A stretch of 64,000 nt of DNA from Saprospiraceae bacterium (GTDB lineage: Bacteria; Bacteroidota; Bacteroidia; Chitinophagales; Saprospiraceae). The stretch covers positions 9,445 to 73,444 of the forward strand of contig JBGCGF010000017.1 in NCBI GenBank assembly GCA_045110575.1, in the 5' to 3' direction. Of the stretch, positions 31,601 through 37,382 are shown piece by piece; positions within the stretch are counted from its first letter, which is position 1; each line of letters starts with the position of its first letter. Under the pieces are notes generated by a model. The model was not told the DNA's origin. It was given only the letters and a program-made list of their open reading frames with translations, and did not search any database. A program made the translations under genes and the position numbers.

Positions 31601-34600
31601 AAGGACCGAATCGCTTCTCAAACACGAGTGCTTCTCCAAATATTCAGTCGATAACGGCTGCAGGCGCAGGTACTTACACGCTGAATGCTATAACCGTTGA
31701 AGGTTGTGCAATCACTGAGACCTTTGAAGTTGTCGTACGTACAGATTGCAACCCAGGAGGTTGTAACCTGCCTGTACAAAACGACTTCACACTCGTTCAA
31801 CCTGATTGTGGTCAAAGCAATGGCTCGATAACCTTCGGAGGTGATACCACTGGCTATGCATTTGTATGGACAGGAGGTCAGTCTTCTGGTCTTGCAGCTG
31901 GAAGCTATGAGCTGACAGTAACCAAGCGTGGAGATGCAGCTTGCGCCAAAACTTACGACTTCACACTCGTTGAAGACGGTGCACCATCAGCAACTGTTGA
32001 TGTTGAAGGAATGCAGTGTTCAAAGGATGGAATCGTAACGATTACTCCAGTTCCTGCTGGCACCTATACGGTACAGTGGTCAGATCAAAGCACAAGTTCA
32101 ACTTCACTTGTCCGATCAGACCTAGCTGCAGGCGACTACACGTTTGTCTTAACGGATAACAACGGTTGCACGCTTACAGAAAACGTCAACGTACCGAATG
32201 ATTGCGAATGTGAAGCACGTATTTCTGTGCTTCGAGCAAGAGAAACGGATGTTTGTCTAGTAGATAATGAGGCTGCCATCGGAATTGTGCTGGTTACTCA
32301 ACCAGTGATTCCGACGAACTACGCTCGCTCTTACCTCCTTGCGGATGTAAACTCAAGCGAAGTACTTAGAACCAATAAAACCGGTGAATTCGTGGTGAGC
32401 GGTACGACCACTTACTCGATCCACCAGTTGGTATACGATTCAATCAACGTAGCGAACACGCTTGTTGGTCCTGGCAAAACAGTTCAAGAAATTGAAGCAC
32501 TCTTCATCCAAGGTGGTGGAGTTCTGTGTGGCGCCTTGACAACATTTGGAGCTCGTATTACGACTGCTCAATGTTGCATCATTCCTGAAGTCATAAGCAC
32601 CAGCACAACAGATGCCGGATGTGGACAGCAGAATGGAACAGCAAATGTTCAGGTGGCAGGAACTGTAGGCGACTACGCTTATGTCTGGTCACCAAACCTA
32701 GGAACGCCGTTGAGTCCATCTGGAAATGTACGCGGAGGGTTGCCAGTGGGTACTTACCAAGTACGTATTGAGAATCGTGCGGATGCAAATTGCTTCGCCG
32801 AAACAACACTCAACGTTGGTGCTAGCGACATTGCTGCCGGCTTACCGACCATCACACCTGCAACATGCGGTGATGATAACGGTACCGTTGTGTTTGCAAA
32901 TGCTGCAGCTGGTCTCACCTTCACTTGGAACGACAACGTAACGAGCTCAAGTCGCAACGACTTGGAAGCAGGCACGTATGCGGTCCTCGTCACGAACGGT
33001 CAGCCGAATTGTACAGAAACGATTACCCTCACTGTAGGTGCGATTGCAGACTTCGGTCTTACTGCAGCTATTAACGCTACACCTCGATGTGGTGAAGACG
33101 ATGGTTCGGTAACGATTAGTGCAAACGGTGGATCTGGAAACTTCAGTTACGACTGGGGTTCAGGAGCTACTCGTACAGATCTTGCGGGAGGCCTTTACAC
33201 GGTTCGTGTAACAGATCAAACAACAAGCTGTATAGACAGTATCACCTTCACCCTCACGGAAGAAGCTGTTGGACAGGTGCGAATCACTATCGCAGATGTT
33301 GAACTTCGTTGTAATGGAGCTGCAGACGGTTCACCTGTCTTCACGCTTGACTACGATACAGATTTCCGATTCCCACCACGTATCTCATTCGTAGATAGTC
33401 AAGGAGAGGTTGTCACGTTTGGTGAGCTGGGACCTGGATCATACTGTATGCAGATTCGCGACGCGGACGACTGTTTAGCAGGTACAGGTTGCTTTGAGGT
33501 AACTCAACCAGCAGGTCTTGTTGTCAACGTTACTGCTATTGCTGCAGGATGTGATGACGATGGAAGCATTACGCTTGACATTATCGGAGGCACTGCACCT
33601 TACAGCTTTGATTGGGCACACTTGCCAGCTGCAAATGATCCTCGTGATCTAACTAACCTTAACCAAGGTCAGTACACGGTATTCATTACCGATGCAAATG
33701 GATGTGCTTCTACGGTTAATAACATCAACATCGGACGCAACTGCGGTTGTTCTCCGACACTACCGGTACTTACTCCATTCTCTGGAGATGTCTGTCTAAC
33801 AGATGCGCAAGTACTCTTAGGAACGCAGGTTGTGTCTACAAACACTGACCCAGGCGTTCAGAGTGCATACCTATTGGTAGACTCGGATGGAATTGTCCTA
33901 GAGGTTGGAAGTTCTCCTGAATTCTGGGTGACAGCGGTAGGTAACTACTCTATCCACGGAATCGTGTATAACCCACTCACCTACAACCTAAGTGCAATCA
34001 CGGTTGGCTCAAGCAGCATCAACAGTCTCAACACCCAGTTCATTCAGGGTGGCGGTTTCTTATGTGTTGGTCTTGATCTAGACGGAACACCAATAGTGGT
34101 TGACGATTGCTCTGGCTGTACTGCTGAAGTTGGTGTACTAAGCACTACTGATCCAGTTATCTGGTGTGCCGACGATGGATTACCATCTGTGGTCAGCTTC
34201 GACGTCACTGCAAGCACAGGTACAATTACTTATGCTCTTGTAGATGCGGATGGAATTGTAATCAATATCTCAACGGTCAACGAAATCAACTTCGAAGGCC
34301 GAGCTGCAGGGACATATACCGTCTACGCTGTTGCAACGGAAGGCGCTACAAACTTGCCAGTACCTGGCACTCCGCTATTGCCTGCCAACGGTTGTATCGA
34401 CTTGTCACAAGGCATTGAAATAACCGCCCTCACAGGAACGGATTGCAACAATGCTTGCCAAGTGGCTGCTGGCTCTATCGCGAATGCGATGCCGACAACC
34501 CTATGCGCAGACAACCTACCATCGGGAGTAGTCATCAATGCAACAGGACAGACAGGAAGCCAACGTGCCTATGTCATGACTGACATGAATGGCTCGATCC

Positions 34601-37269
34601 TCAGCGTCCAGACAGTAGATGGATCTCTTGAGGTGGCAGCTGTCACAACAGGTCAATATCGTGTCTACGTTCTGGTATATGAAGATCCAATCACTGGACT
34701 TGAAAACGGTCGCAGCATCAATAACCTTGGAGGTTGCTTCGAGCTTACAAGCCCTACAGTTATAACGGTTGCTTCTGGAACAGCGTGCGGCCAGTCACCT
34801 ATGCCTGATACGGTTAATGCGACTATCCCTGTCTCTACAATTGACACTATCTGCTTCGTACTTGACCCAGGATTCAACCCTGCGACAACCACTTACATGC
34901 TGGTTGGAGGTAACGGGAGCACTAGTCAAAGTGCCTTCGGTGAGTGGACGTTGCTTCCTAACGGCTGCATCATTTACGAAACTGGAAACATTCCAGGAAT
35001 CAATGTTGATAGCATTTTCGTGATTGCTACAGATGGTGGTCAAACAGATGTTACGATGTTCATCATCTCAGTAACCAACGCTGTAAATACAGTTGAGAAC
35101 GTCAACATTAATGTTGATGTGAACAGTACTGAATCGGCTTGTCCAAACAACATTCCTGCAAGCTTTACGAATGTGAACGCCACGCTAGCAAGTGGAGGAA
35201 CAACTGGATCAAGCAGCTTCGGAAGCTACTTCATAGATGCAAATACAGGATGCTTGACCTACACAGCGAATACAACCAGCGGTGCCTTCATCGACACAGT
35301 TGTAGTGTTTGTTTGTGACGACAACTTACTGGATTGCCATGAGGTCAGTTACATCATTACTGTTTTGCCGGAAGGTCAAACCATCGTACGTGATGTAAAT
35401 CAAGGCGATACACTCGTGCTTTGCCCACTCTCAAACTTGCTCTTTGGCACTGCTCAAACACCTACACTTTGCACCCAACCGTCACAAGGAACAGTAATGT
35501 TCGATGCGACAACAGGTTGCTTCATCTACACTGCTCCAGCCAACTATGTCGGTCCGGACGAAGTGTGTATCGAAGTTTGTGATGATCAAGGTGTTTGCGT
35601 ACAGCTCATCGTTCAGATTAATGTACTCGCACCATGCGGAGACCTGGTTCAGGATTCTTCAGTCGGACTTGATATCGCAGATTGCGATGCATTGGCTGAC
35701 TACTGCCTACCGATCGCAAACGCGAACATCGGAGACTTCACACTTGTGCTTGACGGACAACCTTACCGCAACACTTCTGTGGCCTGCAACAATGGTTTGG
35801 GAACTATCATCAATCTTGATACCGGTGCACACGTACTGGCCATCCGAGAGAACGCAACAGGTTGCACAGACACCGTCAACATAAGTGTTGGTTGTGCTGA
35901 TTGTGGATTCAACCGCACACCTGCTGTTATTGACCTAACCGATTGTAACGGGACGGGCTTGATTGAGCTCAGCTTACTTCAAGGTAACTGGAACCTCTAC
36001 CAATTCACGCTAGACGGTGTGGATGCGAGCAACGACCTAATTGCCGCTGGAACGACCACTCAACTAAGTGTTGATACGGGAGTACATCAGCTAATTATTC
36101 GTGCACTTGACAACAGCTGTCAAGAAGTAATCGATATGGTCGTTCGCTGTGATACAAATGGTGGAAACCCGACTGGGGATACACTGATTGTTCGCACGAT
36201 TCGCCTAAGCTTCAGCGATACCATTTGCCTCGGTGATCTAAACTTAGCACTTACGGGTGCGGTGACCACCTTGACTGACCTGTGCCCTGGCGCTGGCGAC
36301 GGCGGAGAGGCATCCATTGTCTTTGACGCTGTGACGCAGTGCTTCGTTTACACGGGACTACTTCCAGGTACAGATACGCTATGCCTACAGGCATGTACTG
36401 CTACAGGTTGTGATACGTTTGGCTTAGTTGTCAATGTCATCCCGCCTTCACCTAGCATGGAGAACGGTCTTGTCTTAGTTGGCGGATCTGACTTCTTCTG
36501 TATTGACACAACGGAACTGGCTTCGCCAATTACGGAAGTGTTCAACTTCTGCGCAGCGAGCAGTGGTACAATAGTCGAGTTTGATATTGATGAGGATACT
36601 TACTGCGTAACCTATACAGGTTTGGCAGAAGGCATGGAGCAAGGATGCTTCGTAATCTGCAATGCTATCGCATGCGATACCGTCTTCCTCAACATTACAG
36701 TAGGAGCTGGTAACTCAGACCTACCACCAGTTGCGGTTGACGATCGTGACATGACGACCAAAGGGACATCAATCGAGATTAACATCTTGACCAATGACAC
36801 CCTCAACGGTCCGCTAGTTCAGCTTTACCCGCTAACCCTACCGCTAAATGGAAACCTCTTTATTGTAGGAGACAGTATTATTCGCTACACACCTAACCCA
36901 GAGTTCTGTGGTGGGGTTGATAGCTTCCAATACGTCATCAACAACGGAATTGGATTCGACACAGCGACTGTACGAATCGATGTTGCTTGCGACGATCTGA
37001 TCATCTTCTCTGGATTCTCTCCTAACGGTGACGGCGTCAATGACGCATTCAAGATTCTAGGAATCGAAGATTTCCCTGAGAACAAGGTGATGATTTTCAA
37101 CCGCTGGGGTAACGAAGTCTTCAACGTAGAAAACTACGACAACAGTGAAGGCAAGTCGTTCAAAGGACGCTGGGGGAATAAGACTCTTCCTGACGGAACC
37201 TACTTCTACGTCATCGATCTCGGAGGCGAAAATGGCTGTCGATCTGGCTACTTGCAGATCACGCGATAA
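16621..37269 (+). CDS. Giant (6,882 aa) SprB-class cell-surface adhesin with T9SS type-B (gliding-associated) C-terminal domain
   Basis: Uninterrupted 20,649-nt ORF from an ATG. N-terminal hydrophobic segment (LLTITLWSVLFTGIFSGPLAAEN). Modular repeats are listed as separate features. The C-terminus FSGFSPNGDGVNDAFKILGIEDFPENKVMIFNRWGNEVF...LPDGTYFYVIDLGGENGCRSGYLQITR matches the gliding-motility-associated CTD pattern. Confidence 0.95.
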   Translation: MSFHKLPSRMNPGFTLTATWLYTTRLLTITLWSVLFTGIFSGPLAAENSATLETGVLPKGEENCESEFVDDYSPPDYFINPAEGKRVDLYYRGLKLLLPARVDIPNPETVEKVYVEVVYKGKLPRTSLHSAIQATIQNGTDVNLTPKLVSGSWGSNGVGIFYGEVGKTDRVQLNFEVEEASAQSVMLYVLRNKQTPGIYQAGTYANFYGYHTTAEFDIPLPPDPRWKNIRVTIPVTEITTDGRVLDFEITAGDIVKKFRKVWSPGFNFDNQCCIDSVETVLEGVTTAENVNVKVISPTSGGQSFVVSGIIQAELCPVCDPLVIDIPEETCKNEMILIECASPGAGYTAEWDFGPGSSPRTHTGFGEVYVEFANPTDNQEIKVSFSSATCSRNETHYIKVNECKVSTCALEAATVIQHPANGNSNGIIEMDMCVTCGSTPPYRIFYTFQGKQFEKGPFNEPKPRLINLEAGIYSKIYVIDSNGCRTNITGPVTLCNGGCGQRPTCLEQVCTLSGFNDGGEYRSLWIQGLGISSFKWKWVGGTGDLIVTGPNSVKIEGRVQSLSDASCGFDVKLVFKDRRNWNEWSALGRDWKGNRGLIVDDQHKTWDYYEMVAGESKLTGYGCWTGTLSLSPNPPDLTYGLQIGEGANDQNLNPGLSSWFLYDGTLNGTHYVGRGDINDEGTCRISDLERNAVPIISCGADFAVSCGGSPDDAPRPEINCGNPDDYTLTYEDREVSTNPRRIERTWTAAGPGGPATCTQTLTFADEAPPIFTQVPTQDRMLCGEVVPQEAEASDACGSVDVTFRETKFNETCPGNYDLRRVWTATDESGNTATAELIVHVIDEKGPKFISKVPSIVIDCSDDLPTDQPVAIDECGGNVDIDYSISDCEAQDPVYTWDGGTLTYLTEGEDPCDPYPTSAKRLLVEAVCSDNPNVRRRWRVVNRNDFPMWLNRVEAYGRDIYNDGFSVPAKGDIFFFTPTESGDKSITITWSDENHSPITEIGMSNEDQCELTKGETCACAYSRKWKATDECGNSSWSIQLVWKRDTDAPVLRNLPADRTYSAGTAIPAPANVTATDVCGTATVVFNEERIESADYNCDEAAVHYLFGWESVQNPLLTLNGRQFIIGSEPLRIQENCGGAAVVTGSLIDVANPNAVFELVWNLKDRRTFAEHSSAGGNAPTDCSTADKNGWSFYQLETNSRLTGTGANAGVSLTVSSPSNQWIQLGAGANRNNCKLGIYGELTYNTTSGNYAGNEGALRGALSSVELQEAGSCGDNYTLIRSWMATDDCGNRAFERQVIRVLDEETPTFEGVPNNITIDCSDPVPAANVTAIDNSDDDVEVTLDETDTGDQCGRTIKRTWTAIDDCGNSKTARQVITVRDQSSPVITFSNPAIQALNSGDILVISCSDVPTIDESIASVTDNCDPNPTLTFRDEGLGQGDCSTDGYRERFRCTWTATDQCGNETVFFLFVEFHDDKAPVLAQVPANKTQACDAALPTDQPTASDNCSDSPTIVETQSTITGSCADSYQVVRLWTATDDCGNTATASQVVTLNDESAPVFSGVPAAVTLNCEDALPTAEPTANDNCDQNVRLVETQETQQGACGDTYVMVRLWTATDNCGNIATASQVVTVQDNQAPTLTFSNARLNGMNDGGELIVDCDDIPFFNEGDVVANDNCDNNVNVTFTDNLVSAGDCATDGFVKHFKCTWTAVDACGNTESISINLKIKDNTIPAITSVPGNISISCEQSLPTSQPTISDNCTSDANLTVAETSTTVPGSCSEDYRVIRLWTVTDACGNEATASQVVTVKDEIRPILAQVPESLTVSCDDPFPTTLPTATDNCDTDVAVTVSENRTSDDCPGNSSVVRVFTATDNCGNTATASQVVTIRDREEPTLSQVPADATLSCTDAIPTTQPVASDNCDTDVAVTETSERRDGACPDSYKLVRLWTATDHCGNETTASQVLTIQDTEVPVLASLPQNTTIRCDEQLPTNRPTASDNCDNDVNIAETQETRAGRCANSYEVVRLFTATDNCGNVATGSQIVTVTDDIKPEFSSVPANITIDCNGTVPQEQPSATDNCDGQVAVTETQENRPGLCAGSYTIVRLFTAIDKCGNESTASQIVTVQDIEAPVFAYVPANLAISCAESLPTEEAQASDNCDQAVVITERQETRAGNCAGTYDVVRFFTATDHCGNTVSASQVVSVFDDEAPTFAGVPTNVSISCEEQVPTSAPTASDNCDANVDVQLTETREDGTCADNYRVIRRWVATDHCGNAATASQVVTVQDQTNPTFAGVPQNMTIACSQSLPTTQPTATDNCDTDVTVVETQRTEAGACTDSYKVIRVWTATDNCGNVETASQTVQVEDKEAPSFANVPSSVSISCDEPLPSIGPDVTDNCDDDVSLNETQETIPGACPETYKVVRTWTATDNCGNVETASQTVTVTDSEAPTFAFVPATITIDCDASLPASQPEVDDNCDQSVQITETQETQAGRCAGAYTVIRLWTAVDNCGNTSTANQTVNVQDISAPTFASVPQATTVQCDAALPVTQPIVTDNCDDDVTVTEAQTNEAGRCAGNYTVVRTWTAVDDCGNTATAVQRVTVEDTEAPIFTQVPTSVTLSCEESVPTVLATATDNCDTNVSITETQDRVEGNCPGNFTVTRLFTATDHCGNVTTASQVVNFQDNTNPTFASVPATVTIECDGTLPTNAPTASDNCDQNVSIGETQETQPGPCTDSYRVIRLWTATDNCGNASTASQIVIVEDTQAPIFANVPAEVTVECSDPLPTDMATATDNCDTDVTVTVAERNETGNCTDSYTVVRVFTAVDNCGNSTTAEQRVNVVDTQAPTFASVPQAVTISCDEAVPTTAATATDNCDTQVSVTETERTVAGDCADRYEVIRLFTATDNCGNTATAEQVITIQDTQAPTFASIPQALTIRCDEALPTTAPIASDNCDTQVSVTEAQRNEPGNCAESYTVIRTWTAVDNCGNTATAEQRITLTDEVAPVLVSVPVGVTIACDQPIPTDMPVATDNCDDDVSITEAQETVPGDCPGAYDVIRTFTATDGCGNTATASQTIKVIDERNPVFAGVPTAVTISCDEELPSDQPTATDTCDENVDIEESEEFLAGNCGGSYRVIRQWTATDDCGNTATATQLVTVQDLTNPIFASVPAAVNLSCDDVLPTDLPTATDNCDDDVHISETQQRMPGGCADSYTLVRTFTATDECGNITTASQIVTVADNANPEFASVPSDVEISCDEAIPTDQPTATDLCDDDVAITEAQETIPGACPGAYQIIRTWTAVDNCGNTAIASQTVSVGDRAEPTFTNVPAAVTISCDGEVPTEQPVAIDNCDDNVNITEAQTTETGDCTDSYKVVRTWTATDDCGNVAMASQVVTVEDSTSPEFVSVPPAVSISCDQELPTTQPRANDNCDTEVDITERTDRDRGNCGSSYTVTRIWTATDNCGNTATATQLVTVEDNTPPVFANVPASVTILCDESAPDNEPTATDNCDDEVRIRSNEERIDGGCADSYQLVRTWTAEDDCGNIATASQVVTVIDPTAPTFAQIPPETTITCSEGLPTSQPVTNDNCDSDVTITETQETLPGACPDSYVVIRTWIITDNCGNSDRATQKVTVVDTSEPTFASVPSSRTVNCDEDPGDEEPVASDNCDDDVAITMTETTNGDNCAEGIELIRIWTATDNCGNTATASQTITFVDNEDPVLAGVERSITVECDQPIPLIYPTATDNCDREVDIMYFDNEQDEECGKTITRTWVASDDCGNTSSETQLIIIRDTQLPVLSGVPTSAQINCDDAIPTATVTATDNCTQVVDIVLEEFEIPGGCPGERSIIRIWTATDDCGNAAVGSQTITITDGGAPVFAGIPTAVTITCADDLPSTLPTATDNCGGGSTAVAITVEETNEPGNCANNYRVIRVFTATDDCGNTSTASQTVTVSDDEAPTFASVPADASISCSEQLPQGTATATDNCDNSVNVSMTERTVAGNCDDNYEVIRTYSAVDACGNLATATQTITISDTEAPTFANVPANVEVSCDDPIPTDTPTATDDCDNDVEISVVEDRIAGTSSNEYQIVRTWTAVDNCGNTATASQTISVIADGEPTFTFVPENLTLSCTQQIPNADARATDNCDGDLQVVLAEERVDGSCANNYDIVRTWTATDTDSNSATASQTITVSDLVPPSFDQVPADVSLVCGQITPTDMATASDICDQAVVVTVTETNRPGTCGSEYDVLRTFRATDACGNAATATQVVSFIDDQAPEFTFVPDSEEFQCSVGQPRERAQATDNCTSNVQITFEDVSPSSDCSQRLQRVWTATDECGNTATAVQQILLEDTEDPELINVPANSSVDLTNGGTIPAPANVTANDNCDSNPNVSFNETSQPTSGCGYVLVRTWEATDQCGNTEKATQRITVTEDAGVSITVDPTSDCAPTGVQVHAVPATQGATYTWTSNSGSFTNGNTANPTFVPSGAGTYTINLTVSGSGCTGKASETITIDGATLNVTGNGPICVGGTIQLTASAGADSYAWSGPNGFSASQANVTLNDATVAMGGVYTLTADFGSCTQEATVTVAVSGSLQVTLDIPTLICSEQMVTFTAGGADNATWTAPSGQTYTGATTQVGPISFGSHNGQWSVVATNAAGCSSTLDFTVQVIRSPQLSATSNSPVCAGGQIQLNAVGAQNYQWTGPNGYTASSAAPVITDLSAYPVGSYQFIAVGTNLAGCEARDTATVVVTGAAVVNASVPATICEGEVLNFTASGADSYVWSGPNGFSSLGASPSIQAITAAGSGTYTLNAETAAGCSITETFEVVVRTDCNPNECNLPTQSDFTLIQPDCGQSNGSITFNGDTTGYSFVWTPGQNTGLAAGDYWVTVTKRGDPACAKTYDFTLVEDNAPSATVDVEGEQCDLDGIVTITPTPAGTYTVQWSDQSASSTSLVRDDLKAGAYTFVLTADNGCTLTQNVTVPDDCDCTTVTASVPTSICEGETLNFVASGAVTYVWQGPNRFSNTSASPNIQSITAAGAGTYTLNAITVEGCAITETFEVVVRTDCNPGGCNLPVQNDFTLVQPDCGQSNGSITFGGDTTGYAFVWTGGQSSGLAAGSYELTVTKRGDAACAKTYDFTLVEDGAPSATVDVEGMQCSKDGIVTITPVPAGTYTVQWSDQSTSSTSLVRSDLAAGDYTFVLTDNNGCTLTENVNVPNDCECEARISVLRARETDVCLVDNEAAIGIVLVTQPVIPTNYARSYLLADVNSSEVLRTNKTGEFVVSGTTTYSIHQLVYDSINVANTLVGPGKTVQEIEALFIQGGGVLCGALTTFGARITTAQCCIIPEVISTSTTDAGCGQQNGTANVQVAGTVGDYAYVWSPNLGTPLSPSGNVRGGLPVGTYQVRIENRADANCFAETTLNVGASDIAAGLPTITPATCGDDNGTVVFANAAAGLTFTWNDNVTSSSRNDLEAGTYAVLVTNGQPNCTETITLTVGAIADFGLTAAINATPRCGEDDGSVTISANGGSGNFSYDWGSGATRTDLAGGLYTVRVTDQTTSCIDSITFTLTEEAVGQVRITIADVELRCNGAADGSPVFTLDYDTDFRFPPRISFVDSQGEVVTFGELGPGSYCMQIRDADDCLAGTGCFEVTQPAGLVVNVTAIAAGCDDDGSITLDIIGGTAPYSFDWAHLPAANDPRDLTNLNQGQYTVFITDANGCASTVNNINIGRNCGCSPTLPVLTPFSGDVCLTDAQVLLGTQVVSTNTDPGVQSAYLLVDSDGIVLEVGSSPEFWVTAVGNYSIHGIVYNPLTYNLSAITVGSSSINSLNTQFIQGGGFLCVGLDLDGTPIVVDDCSGCTAEVGVLSTTDPVIWCADDGLPSVVSFDVTASTGTITYALVDADGIVINISTVNEINFEGRAAGTYTVYAVATEGATNLPVPGTPLLPANGCIDLSQGIEITALTGTDCNNACQVAAGSIANAMPTTLCADNLPSGVVINATGQTGSQRAYVMTDMNGSILSVQTVDGSLEVAAVTTGQYRVYVLVYEDPITGLENGRSINNLGGCFELTSPTVITVASGTACGQSPMPDTVNATIPVSTIDTICFVLDPGFNPATTTYMLVGGNGSTSQSAFGEWTLLPNGCIIYETGNIPGINVDSIFVIATDGGQTDVTMFIISVTNAVNTVENVNINVDVNSTESACPNNIPASFTNVNATLASGGTTGSSSFGSYFIDANTGCLTYTANTTSGAFIDTVVVFVCDDNLLDCHEVSYIITVLPEGQTIVRDVNQGDTLVLCPLSNLLFGTAQTPTLCTQPSQGTVMFDATTGCFIYTAPANYVGPDEVCIEVCDDQGVCVQLIVQINVLAPCGDLVQDSSVGLDIADCDALADYCLPIANANIGDFTLVLDGQPYRNTSVACNNGLGTIINLDTGAHVLAIRENATGCTDTVNISVGCADCGFNRTPAVIDLTDCNGTGLIELSLLQGNWNLYQFTLDGVDASNDLIAAGTTTQLSVDTGVHQLIIRALDNSCQEVIDMVVRCDTNGGNPTGDTLIVRTIRLSFSDTICLGDLNLALTGAVTTLTDLCPGAGDGGEASIVFDAVTQCFVYTGLLPGTDTLCLQACTATGCDTFGLVVNVIPPSPSMENGLVLVGGSDFFCIDTTELASPITEVFNFCAASSGTIVEFDIDEDTYCVTYTGLAEGMEQGCFVICNAIACDTVFLNITVGAGNSDLPPVAVDDRDMTTKGTSIEINILTNDTLNGPLVQLYPLTLPLNGNLFIVGDSIIRYTPNPEFCGGVDSFQYVINNGIGFDTATVRIDVACDDLIIFSGFSPNGDGVNDAFKILGIEDFPENKVMIFNRWGNEVFNVENYDNSEGKSFKGRWGNKTLPDGTYFYVIDLGGENGCRSGYLQITR
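18700..29862 (+). repeat. About 42 tandem HYR-like (~79-81 aa, 237-243 nt) coding repeats
   Basis: Recurrent pattern D.(E/Q)AP.F..VP..(V/I).(I/L)SC(D/E)..(L/V)PT..P.A.DNCD..V....(T/E)......G.C...Y.V.R.(W/F)TA.D.CGN..TA.Q.V.V.D. I counted 42 (W/F)TA.D.CGN-type cores. The first few units carry long insertions (19260-20400). Confidence 0.85.
29863..31038 (+). repeat. Five Ig-like ~75-80 aa repeats of the SGPNGF type
   Basis: Repeated pattern ..(I/V)C.G....(L/F)(T/N)A.GA..Y.W.GPNG(F/Y)......P.I......G.Y.(L/F)......GC......V.V. A sixth copy lies in the duplicated block at 31525. Confidence 0.6.
30826..32211 (+). repeat. Tandem in-frame duplication, 2 x 687 nt separated by 12 nt
   Basis: Copy 1 (30826-31512) and copy 2 (31525-32211) align end to end at roughly 80-85% nt identity by eye. 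Each encodes one Ig-like repeat plus two SprB-type repeats. Confidence 0.85.
31039..33741 (+). repeat. About 9 SprB-type repeats
   Basis: Pattern C(G/D)..(N/D)G(S/T)(I/V)......G.(Y/F).(F/Y).W........L.AG.Y.(V/F).(V/L)(T/R)......C, for example PDCGQSNGSITFNGDTTGYSFVWTPGQNTGLAAGDYWVTVT and RCGEDDGSVTISANGGSGNFSYDWGSGATRTDLAGGLYTVRVTD. Confidence 0.65.
32205..34788 (+). repeat. Unassigned ~110-125 aa Cys-bounded module, four copies (32205-32577, 33742-34119, 34120-34458, 34459-34788)
   Basis: Shared pattern C..(L/W)C.D......(Y)(L/V)(L/V).D..G.(I/V)L.........G.Y.(I/V)(H/Y).(L/I/V)VY.........GG.(L)C..L....I.....C. I do not recognise the family. Confidence 0.6.
36997..37266 (+). other. T9SS type-B (gliding motility-associated) C-terminal domain of the giant protein
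   Basis: LIIFSGFSPNGDGVNDAFKILGIEDFPENKVMIFNRWGNEVFNVENY...GTYFYVIDLG...GYLQITR. Confidence 0.9.
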
Positions 37270-37382
37270 ACTCCTCTTAATATGGCCACCTACAGTCAAC
37301 AGGCTGTGGGTGGTCATTATTCAAAAACACCCAAAAAGGGCTACACGGCTTGGATTGATTTTTGGATGATAAGTACCAGATT

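Noticed and set aside
17353-37317. Dozens of 60-180 aa ORFs on both strands overlapping the giant gene
   Set aside because: All are nested in or antisense to the single 20.6 kb frame. None carries a recognisable motif. Their periodicity follows the sense-strand repeats.
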